Assembly (NCBI GenBank): GCA_037440525.1
Contig: JBBITW010000005.1
Location: 1 to 41,861, forward strand
Direction of reading: 5' to 3'
DNA: 41,861 nt
From: Deltaproteobacteria bacterium
GTDB lineage: Bacteria > Desulfobacterota > BSN033 > UBA1163
In this document: in pieces, positions 35,099 through 41,861 of the stretch
How the letters are laid out: each line of letters starts with the position of its first letter
Numbering within the stretch: position 1 is the first letter of the stretch
Made by a program: the position numbers and the translations under genes
The notes under the pieces: generated by a model
What the model was told of the DNA's origin: nothing
Database searches by the model: none
What the model saw: only the letters and a program-made list of their open reading frames with translations

Positions 35099-36517
35099 TC
35101 AAACGATCTCTTTTTGCCCTCCAACAACTAACTCTGGAATCCTCAGTGTAGGCTGGGCGTCAGAAACAGGAACTCCTTGACCATCCTTTCCGCAAGTTCC
35201 TATCCCGAAGCCAAGATCATTGCCCACCATATCAATCTCTTTAAGCACCTGTGGTCCATTGCCAATTAGAATTGCACCTCGAACTGGCTCACCGATCTCT
35301 CCTTTTTCAATCAGATAACCTTCATTGACTTCGAAGACAAAATCCCCATTTACGGTGTTTACCTGTCCTCCGCCCATCTTCTTCACAAACAATCCCCTTT
35401 CAACAGAGTGAATAATCTCTTCTGGCTTCATCCTGCCAGGTAGAATCATTGTATTGCTCATCCTCGGGATTGGTTTATGGTGGTATGACTCTCTTCTTCC
35501 ATTCCCTGTTGAGGAAACCCCATCTTTCAGGCCAGAAAGCCTGTCATAAAGATAGCCTTTAAGGATTCCTTCTTCTACAAGGATGGTTCTCTTAGAAGGT
35601 GTGCCTTCGTCATCGAATTTATAAGACCCTCTTTTTTGTGGAAGGGTAGGGTCATCAACAACACTTATAACCGAAGATGCAACCTTTTCTCCTATCCTGT
35701 TTGAGTAAACGGATAGTCCCTGCTGAGCCAGATCTCCTTCCAGGCCATGGCCAATTGCTTCATGAATCATGGTTCCTCCTGCCTCACTGGAGATGACGAC
35801 TGTCATTTTACCCATCGGTGCCTTTTTTGCCCGGAGCATAAGAAGCGCTCTTTTTGCCGCTATCTCTGCAACCTCTTCAGGATGGATGAGATCGAAGATT
35901 TCAAAACCCACTGTCCCTCCAACTGGTTCATAACCTGTCTGAACCACATCCCCTTCTGCCGTAATCACCTGAACAGATAAGAGTGTATATACCCTTTCAC
36001 CTTTAATAAATAATCCTTCTGAATTTGCGATGGATATCATCTGTGAGGTATCTCGATAAAGTACCTTAACCTGTCGAACATGTGAATCAAGCTTTCGGGC
36101 CAATTCATTTGCCCTTTTAACAATGGATATCTTTTCTTCAATAGAGATAAATTTAGGATGTTTTTTTACAGGTGAAATGGGAGGAAAGTAAGAAGGGGTT
36201 GGTGGGGGATCTGGAAAACTCTTTGAGAGGTTAATAATCTTTTCATCTCTCTGATCCTTTATTGAATTGATTAAAATTTTATTAAGTTGAAGCATATCCT
36301 CTTCTGTGATCCTATTTGAAAAACCGTAAAATGTTCTTCCATCGAAGATTATCCTCAGTCCGATACCAATGTCATGGCCAGAAATGACCTTTTCTATTCG
36401 ATCCTCTTCGCAGATGATGGAAACTGAATGGAGGTTTTCAAAATAGAGGTCTGAAAAGTCCCCTCCCTCTTTAAGGGATTCTCTTAGAATCTTTTGATAT
36501 GGAATTGTTTCTAACAT
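35099..36517 (-). CDS. tldD: Metalloprotease TldD
   Basis: HEAIGHGLE zinc motif, GDFSDLYFE N-terminus and a C-terminal GTCGKDGQ.VPV. Length of about 470 aa fits. Confidence 0.9.
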   Translation of the reverse strand: MLETIPYQKILRESLKEGGDFSDLYFENLHSVSIICEEDRIEKVISGHDIGIGLRIIFDGRTFYGFSNRITEEDMLQLNKILINSIKDQRDEKIINLSKSFPDPPPTPSYFPPISPVKKHPKFISIEEKISIVKRANELARKLDSHVRQVKVLYRDTSQMISIANSEGLFIKGERVYTLLSVQVITAEGDVVQTGYEPVGGTVGFEIFDLIHPEEVAEIAAKRALLMLRAKKAPMGKMTVVISSEAGGTMIHEAIGHGLEGDLAQQGLSVYSNRIGEKVASSVISVVDDPTLPQKRGSYKFDDEGTPSKRTILVEEGILKGYLYDRLSGLKDGVSSTGNGRRESYHHKPIPRMSNTMILPGRMKPEEIIHSVERGLFVKKMGGGQVNTVNGDFVFEVNEGYLIEKGEIGEPVRGAILIGNGPQVLKEIDMVGNDLGFGIGTCGKDGQGVPVSDAQPTLRIPELVVGGQKEIV

Positions 36518-36719
36518 ATTCGATTTGTATATCCTTTTGGAGTTCGTTTAGTAATTCATATATATCACTTTCCCATCCAGGTGCAACCATCAACTCAACT
36601 ATTGCTTCACGAGGGTCTTCTGTCCTAACAAGAGCCATACCTTCATAGGATTCAATAATAAATTTAAAATATGCAATATCACTTCTTTTAAGCCTTATAT
36701 AAATAGATTTGGTATCCAT
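36471..36719 (-). CDS. Small conserved-looking protein (DUF4911-like)
   Basis: 82-aa ORF reading IYIRLKRSDIAYFKFIIESYEGMALVRTEDPREAIVELMV. The family name is recalled from memory, not searched. Its 3' end overlaps the tldD start by 47 nt. Confidence 0.5.
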   Translation of the reverse strand: MDTKSIYIRLKRSDIAYFKFIIESYEGMALVRTEDPREAIVELMVAPGWESDIYELLNELQKDIQIEYVRNNSISKDSKRIP

Positions 36720-36739
36720 CCTTTTTTATAAGGATTTGA

Positions 36740-37600
36740 TTATTGTCTCGAATTTTTAATAAGCCTTCCTTTAACGTCTCCAAATAGTATCACATCTTTA
36801 ATAGTCCCCTCAACAGGAAAGAGTTCTCTTGATAGCCAACCCTCAATGAGCCCTTCTTTTGAATGTGTGCTCTCAGGGTCTAAAAGAAGTTTTACAAAAT
36901 ACTCTTTCCCTTCCTTTATCCTCTCAGATCTCCTCTTCCGTTCCTCTTCCTCTTTTTCTGCGATATTTACCTCATAGGAAGTTAAACCCTTCCTCGGGAA
37001 GGTTGATACTTTATACCTTTTACCCCTTTCAATCTTTCCATAAACCCCGTAACGGAAATTATAAGAGGCAGTAATAAAATCGTCATAGGTCATTCCTCTG
37101 GGAATTTCTGATTCCCTTCTCTCTATCTTACCATCCTTTCTCCATCTCAACTCAGTCCACTTCAATTTATTATAATCAAAATGGTGGACTCTTTTCCTCA
37201 ACTTACTTCCTACTTTTACCTCTTCCTCAAAGGAGAGGGATCTGAGTCGACTTCCTCCATCAATCTCTTCCATCAAGGAACGATAGGTATCTACTCGATA
37301 ACGAGCTACAAATCCCAGAATCCCCAGTGTCTCTGTCTGGAGAGTTGCCATATAGCGATTATTCCCCTCCACTGCTTTGAAACTCAACCTTCCAAGAGCT
37401 GCTCTTTTAAATATCCAAAAGCTTATCTCATAAAAAAGTTCTTCTCCACTGAAGAATTCTGAAATGGGCCTCCTCTCTCCAATTAATTGACTATTTGAAG
37501 AAGCTACAATTACATCCAGCGGGAGAAAGGGAAGAAATGTAAGTCCCAGAATCCATCTTAAAAAATTTCTTCTTGTTAGTGGTATATATGCATCGTTCAT
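36740..37600 (-). CDS. DUF3108-like exported protein with a twin-arginine signal
   Basis: TRRNFLRWILGL (Tat-type S/T-R-R-x-F-L) followed by a hydrophobic stretch. EELFYEISFWIFKRAALGRLSF is reminiscent of DUF3108. Confidence 0.55.
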   Translation of the reverse strand: MNDAYIPLTRRNFLRWILGLTFLPFLPLDVIVASSNSQLIGERRPISEFFSGEELFYEISFWIFKRAALGRLSFKAVEGNNRYMATLQTETLGILGFVARYRVDTYRSLMEEIDGGSRLRSLSFEEEVKVGSKLRKRVHHFDYNKLKWTELRWRKDGKIERRESEIPRGMTYDDFITASYNFRYGVYGKIERGKRYKVSTFPRKGLTSYEVNIAEKEEEERKRRSERIKEGKEYFVKLLLDPESTHSKEGLIEGWLSRELFPVEGTIKDVILFGDVKGRLIKNSRQ

Positions 37601-37617
37601 TGGCAGTAGTTCAGGTT

Positions 37618-37840
37618 AAGATCTGTGAAAAAGTATTCAGAAAAGGATTCATAGACTGGGGAGGTGGGGTGAAAAAGCCTTCGCGCGGATACCTTTAATA
37701 GACTGGCACTATTGATTAATACCCTGAAAAAGCTTGTTTTTCTCTTAAACGATTGTTAGCAACTTAACTTCTAAGTGCCCGCATTCGAAGGGTTTGGAAC
37801 CCTACCTCCCCAGTCAATTCAGGACTTTTTCAGAGCTCTC
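37618..37840 (+). mobile_element. MITE-1 copy C (223 bp)
   Basis: Left end AAGATCTGTGAAAAAGT and right end ACTTTTTCAGAGCTCTC. Flanked by AGGTT (37613-37617) and AAGTT (37841-37845), a 4/5 direct repeat. It lies between the GTPase stop and the DUF3108 start. Confidence 0.7.
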
Positions 37841-37843
37841 AAG

Positions 37844-38830
37844 TTAAATATGTAATTCAATAACATCCCCTTCGCTTAACTCATAATCCCTTTTTACCAT
37901 CTGCCCACCAAACTTCCCTGAACCCCATATCCTTGCATATTTAAGTTTAGCAGCAAAATCCTTATGGATGGATAGTGCTACATCCTCCACAGTACTACCT
38001 TTTTTTAAAACGACAGGCTCTTGAAGATCTGGCTCCTTCCCCGGAGTCTTTGTATAAACCCTTATGATATCGAGATGCCGGTATATCTCTCTTTTTAACT
38101 CCTCAAGATTCATCCCTTCCTTCGACGAGATAGGAAGGATGGAAAATCCCTCCTCAAACCTCTTTTCGAGAGCCTGATATCCTTCCATAGCATTTTTGGC
38201 ATCGCATTTATTTCCGAGTAGGAGTGCCTTTTTAAGAGACCATCCGGTTTCAAGGAGAGGAGGGGCTTGTTTTTCAAAAATCTCAACCCTCATCCCCTTC
38301 AGTTCTTCAAGAAGAATCTCCATCTGGAAGATTGGATCCTCTGTGAGGTCAAGCAAGATGATAAGGGCATCTGCGTTTCGAATGAGATTGGGGAATCCAG
38401 GCTCTATGTGATCGAGCTGAATTGGAGGAGTATCGACAAGTTGAATCTGTAGGTTTTCAAACTTCATCATCCCTGGAATGGGCCTCTGTGTTGTAAATGG
38501 ATAATCTGCCACCTCTGAAGATGCATTTGTTAGTCTGGTAAAGAGGGTTGATTTTCCAGAGTTGGGGAGGCCTAAGAGAACGACCTGCGAAGCTCCTTCT
38601 CTTCGGATATTGAAGGCCTGTTCTGCCTTACTTATAGTTGGTTTCCTCTGCAGTTCCTCTTTTAACTTGGCCATGCGGCTTTTGAGTTGTCCACGAAGTT
38701 TTTCAGTACCCTTATGCTTAGGTATAACAGCCATCATGACCTCGAGGGCCTTTATCTTTTCCGGGATAGACTTTGCCTGTTTAAATTTTGATTCGGCCTC
38801 TAAATATTCAGGGGTTAAATTGGCAGGCAT
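37844..38830 (-). CDS. DRG/Rbg-like OBG-family GTPase with a C-terminal TGS domain
   Basis: G1 GLPNSGKS, G2 YPFTT and G4 NKCD. TGS-like C-terminus IRVYTK.PG..PD...P.VL..GSTV.D.A..IH.DF....KYA.IWG. The N-terminal helical region resembles DRG proteins. Confidence 0.8.
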   Translation of the reverse strand: MPANLTPEYLEAESKFKQAKSIPEKIKALEVMMAVIPKHKGTEKLRGQLKSRMAKLKEELQRKPTISKAEQAFNIRREGASQVVLLGLPNSGKSTLFTRLTNASSEVADYPFTTQRPIPGMMKFENLQIQLVDTPPIQLDHIEPGFPNLIRNADALIILLDLTEDPIFQMEILLEELKGMRVEIFEKQAPPLLETGWSLKKALLLGNKCDAKNAMEGYQALEKRFEEGFSILPISSKEGMNLEELKREIYRHLDIIRVYTKTPGKEPDLQEPVVLKKGSTVEDVALSIHKDFAAKLKYARIWGSGKFGGQMVKRDYELSEGDVIELHI

Positions 38831-38898
38831 ATTTTAAAAAAATTCCAACTTTTGCCTTTCCGATAATACTTATTTCAAGGGATAAAAGATGGAAGAGG

Positions 38899-39918
38899 CT
38901 ATGTTCTATAAATCTTTTCTCTTATGAATATCTCCAGAACATTTGGGTCAAATTGTTTGCCCTTTCCTTTATCAAACTCTTTTAGTGCATCCTCAAGAGA
39001 CATAATTCCACGATGAGGCCTCAGGCTTGTCATCGCATCAAAGGCATCTGGGATGCTTATAATCCTTGCCTCAAGGGGGATTCTCTCTCCAGCAAGTCCA
39101 TCTGGATAACCACTTCCGTCATAACGCTCATGGTGGTGGCGTATCATCGGGATCTTATCTTTAAAAAATTCAACATCTTCAACAATCTTCACACCAATCA
39201 AAGGATGTTCCTGAATATGAAGATATTCTTCATAGCTGAGAGGGCCTGGCTTTTGAAGGATATCATCCTTAATACCGATCTTACCTATATCATGAAGAAG
39301 AGCTCCATACTCAAGTGTTTCAAGTCTCTCTTTAGAAAAACCCATATAGTTTGCAATCTTGATGCTCATCCTCTTAACCCGATCAGAATGTCCACGGGTG
39401 TAAGGATCCTTTGCATCAATGGCCTCCACAAGGACCTTCACTGAATCCAAGTGTATCCTCTTGAGCATCATGAAGGCATGTCTTAGCTGGGCAGTCCTCT
39501 CTTCCACCAATTCTTCGAGGCGATTATGGTATGCCTCAATCTCCTCTTCAAGTCTCTTGCTTTCGAGGGCCCTCTTCACACTTATGACAATCAGATCAAG
39601 ATCAGCCGGTTTGATTATGAAATCGTAAGCCCCAAGTCGCATAGCATCCACAGCGAGGTTAATCTCAGGAAAACCTGTTACCATTATCACCTTCATATTT
39701 GGGTCAATCGCCTTCACCCTTTTTAGAAGTTCGATACCATCCATCTCTGGCATTTTGATATCTGATATAATCAGGGAAAAATTCTCTTTGTAAAATTGGT
39801 TAAGTGCCTCTCTCCCGTTTTGGACCGTTATACAATGATATCCCTCATGGGAAAGCCTCTGGGCAATAACATCCCCAAGTAAAACCTCGTCGTCAACAAT
39901 TAATATTCGATCTTCCAC
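38899..39918 (-). CDS. Response regulator with an HD-GYP domain (predicted c-di-GMP phosphodiesterase)
   Basis: REC domain (ILIVDDE...DIKMPEMDG) plus HD-GYP motifs (HDIGKIGI, HHERYDGSGYPDGL). The track start is TTG 39942. GTG 39918, preceded by GGGGGA, is preferred. Confidence 0.85.
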   Translation of the reverse strand: MEDRILIVDDEVLLGDVIAQRLSHEGYHCITVQNGREALNQFYKENFSLIISDIKMPEMDGIELLKRVKAIDPNMKVIMVTGFPEINLAVDAMRLGAYDFIIKPADLDLIVISVKRALESKRLEEEIEAYHNRLEELVEERTAQLRHAFMMLKRIHLDSVKVLVEAIDAKDPYTRGHSDRVKRMSIKIANYMGFSKERLETLEYGALLHDIGKIGIKDDILQKPGPLSYEEYLHIQEHPLIGVKIVEDVEFFKDKIPMIRHHHERYDGSGYPDGLAGERIPLEARIISIPDAFDAMTSLRPHRGIMSLEDALKEFDKGKGKQFDPNVLEIFIREKIYRT

Positions 39919-40037
39919 AAATCCCCCTTTCTTTAAAACCAATATATATATATTTTATAAGAAATTGCTAAACAGTCAACCTCTCGAGCTTTTTAAATAA
40001 ATTATAACCTAATCTTGCATCTTTTTATGAAATGATT

Positions 40038-40249
40038 CTAATTTGAATTGAGTACTTCTCGATTGTCATTGCGAAGCGATCTCTATAAAATTGTCATTCC
40101 GAGCGGAGCGAGGAATCTATAAGATTGCCACGTCGCTTCGCTCCTCGCAACGACTTCGTCGGATTGCCACGCAACGACTTATAAATATACGCCCAAAGTG
40201 TCTCCGTCTTTGGTGGAAAGGCTTTTAATAAAAATTCCCTCAATTTAAG
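40038..40249 (-). repeat. R2-family composite interspersed repeat, inverted copy
   Basis: Its reverse complement aligns with 28490-28663. The shared block is ggcaatcttatagattcctcgctccgctcggaatgacaatttt. It carries one extra module of about 30 bp (gcgaggagcgaagcgacgtggcaatc). Confidence 0.65.
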
Positions 40250-40349
40250 TCTAATTTAAAAGAAAGAGAATTTAATATCTCGATTTAGAATTAAAAAAGA
40301 TTGATTTTGCTGAGAATTTTTGATAATAAATTATTTTATGGAAATTCTT

Positions 40350-41708
40350 ATGGAAAATATTAAGATGTTGGTGGTGGATGACGAAGACCCTGTGAGAGAG
40401 GTAATTCGAATGGGCCTTTCCCAGATGGGAGGATTTTCTGTTGAGGTTGCAAAAAACGGAATAGAGGCATTGGAAAAGATAGAAGCTGATGTCTTTGACC
40501 TGGTACTTACAGATATGATGATGCCCGAGATGAATGGAATGGAGCTTCTTAAAATCATTAAAGGAACAAGGCAAGATCTCCCTGTCATAATGATGACAGC
40601 CTATGGTTCAATAGAAACTGCAGTTGAGTCAATGAAGATAGGGGCAAGCGACTATATAACAAAACCAATCGATTTTAACGAACTTCTTATACATATCAAG
40701 AGAGTTCTTAAAGAGAGTAAACTTATAAGGGAAAACCGTCTTTTGAGAATGGAGGTAAGAAAAAGATTTGAGTTTAGTAATATCGTAGGGAAGAGTAAAA
40801 AGATGCAGGAAGTATTTTCTTTGATTGAAAAGGTAGCACCAAGCAACAGTACTGTCATAATATATGGAGCAAGTGGGACAGGAAAGGAGCTTGTATCAAA
40901 GGCAATTCATTATAATAGTCCGAGGGCAAGTGGTCCTTTTATCACTTTCAATTGTGGGGCCATTCCTGAGACACTGGTTGAGAGTGAACTATTTGGTCAC
41001 ACAAAAGGTTCCTTTACAGGGGCGATTCAGGCGAAGAAAGGCCTTTTTGAAGAGGCAAATGGAGGGACGGTCTTCCTGGATGAGATTTCTACACTTTCCC
41101 CTTCTGTGCAGGTTAAACTTTTAAGAGTCCTTCAGGAGAAAGAGGTAATGAGGATAGGGAGTACAGAAAGGATACCAATTGATGTAAGAATGATTGCGGC
41201 AACCAATCAAAATCTCGAAACCAATATGAGGGAAGGGAAATTTCGTGAGGACCTATTTTATCGAATTCATGTCTTTCCTATCTTTCTTCCAGAGTTAAAA
41301 GATAGAAAAGAAGATATTCCAATCCTTGCCTACCATTTCCTTGATACCTATTCCAAGGAGAACTATAAGGAGATTAAAGGGATTTCAAAAGAGGCAATGG
41401 GAGTTCTTTTAGAGTATGATTGGCCAGGAAATGTGAGGGAGCTTGAAAATGTTATTGAAAGGGCTGTTGTAATAACAGACCATGAATATCTTACTCCTGA
41501 TGATCTTCCAAAAAACCTGAGGAAGGGAATCTCCTACAGGTTAAGGGAGATAGGTGAAGAACGTAGATCTCTTGAGGAGGTGAAGAAGGAATATATTGAG
41601 GAGGTGTTAAGGGAGACAGGTGGAGATAAGAAGCTTGCTGCTGAAATTCTAAAAGTTAGTCCAAGAACCCTATATCGGTTTGAAAAAAAGAATCTTTTTA
41701 GGAAATAA
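40350..41708 (+). CDS. Sigma54-dependent response regulator (NtrC/AtoC family)
   Basis: REC domain (MLVVDDEDPV...DMMMPEMNG). AAA+ domain with Walker A GASGTGKE, GSFTGA loop and FLDEI. C-terminal Fis-type HTH. The track start is TTG 40320; ATGs occur at 40338, 40350 and 40365. Confidence 0.9.
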   Translation: MENIKMLVVDDEDPVREVIRMGLSQMGGFSVEVAKNGIEALEKIEADVFDLVLTDMMMPEMNGMELLKIIKGTRQDLPVIMMTAYGSIETAVESMKIGASDYITKPIDFNELLIHIKRVLKESKLIRENRLLRMEVRKRFEFSNIVGKSKKMQEVFSLIEKVAPSNSTVIIYGASGTGKELVSKAIHYNSPRASGPFITFNCGAIPETLVESELFGHTKGSFTGAIQAKKGLFEEANGGTVFLDEISTLSPSVQVKLLRVLQEKEVMRIGSTERIPIDVRMIAATNQNLETNMREGKFREDLFYRIHVFPIFLPELKDRKEDIPILAYHFLDTYSKENYKEIKGISKEAMGVLLEYDWPGNVRELENVIERAVVITDHEYLTPDDLPKNLRKGISYRLREIGEERRSLEEVKKEYIEEVLRETGGDKKLAAEILKVSPRTLYRFEKKNLFRK

Positions 41709-41729
41709 AAGATCCAAGGTATCTTAGAT

Positions 41730-41752
41730 CCCCTCACCCATTCCCTCTCCCC
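41730..41752. repeat. R3-family repeat, left arm only
   Basis: CCCCTCACCCATTCCCTCTCCCC has no complementary right arm. It is immediately followed by R2-type modules. Confidence 0.4.
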
Positions 41753-41770
41753 AAGAGGCTGTGTCGTAAT

Positions 41771-41861
41771 GTCATTCTGAGGCTTTAGCCGAAGAATCTA
41801 TGTTTTATAAGGGTTTGAATTCTATAGATTCCTCGCTTCGCTCGGAATGACACCACTCTTT
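41771..41861 (+). repeat. R2-family modules, truncated by the window edge
   Basis: GTCATTCTGAGGCTTTAGCCGAAGAATC is followed by TATAGATTCCTCGCTTCGCTCGGAATGACA. The latter matches 28585-28614 with one mismatch. Confidence 0.5.

Noticed and set aside
40272-40588. 100-aa and 85-aa minus-strand ORFs opposite the 5' end of the sigma54 regulator gene
   Set aside because: They are antisense shadows of a confidently identified REC domain. Their composition is low-complexity and I recognise no motifs.
1-41861. CRISPR arrays, tRNA/rRNA/tmRNA genes, integrases or transposases, and toxin-antitoxin or defence-system gene sets
   Set aside because: None found by eye. The repeats are dispersed and heterogeneous rather than regularly spaced. 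I saw no GGTTCGAATCC-type T-arm in a tRNA context. Every large ORF has a housekeeping, envelope or signalling assignment or is an isolated hypothetical.

Overview
This 41.9-kb window comes from a diderm, LPS-making bacterium with roughly 40% G+C in sampled lines; I cannot assign a lineage by eye. I support about 36 protein genes. I found no rRNA, tRNA, CRISPR array, integrase or transposase.

Gene content:
- Coordinates 2.9-28.2 kb form one long minus-strand array. It joins outer-membrane biogenesis genes to a conserved translation block.
- The envelope genes are DUF2207-LemA, a DUF374 acyltransferase, msbA, lpxB, a Gfo/Idh/MocA oxidoreductase, lpxA, fabZ, lpxD, skp, bamA, lolD, lolC/E and a BamD-like lipoprotein.
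- The translation block is lysS followed by yraN-rnhB-rplS-SPOUT-trmD-rimM-KH-rpsP-ffh.
- The left edge has an LtaS-like membrane sulfatase-family gene plus a small CxxCxxC...CP protein.
- The right third (28.7-41.7 kb) has a DapL-type aminotransferase, a CNNM/CBS/CorC protein, a two-gene compositional island, tldD with a DUF4911-like ORF, a Tat-signal DUF3108-like protein, a DRG-like GTPase, an HD-GYP response regulator and a sigma54 enhancer-binding response regulator.

Observations most worth a second look:
1. A roughly 220-bp family (here MITE-1) with 17-bp terminal inverted repeats, a long hairpin and 5-bp target-site duplications occurs three times inside minus-strand operons. One copy supplies the last codons and stop codon of rnhB.
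2. One lipoprotein ORF fuses BamD to an OstA/LptA-like domain through a linker of about 215 residues.
3. A TPR plus double cNMP-binding protein is translationally coupled between lolC/E and lolD.
4. A higher-GC, CGN-arginine island carries an orphan 276-aa protein and an 854-aa membrane pyrophosphatase with the K+-independent signature and extra terminal helices.
5. Two further interspersed repeat families sit in divergent promoter regions and at both window edges, and they create spurious ORFs.

All functional calls rest on by-eye motif recognition. No database search was run, so novelty is unverified.
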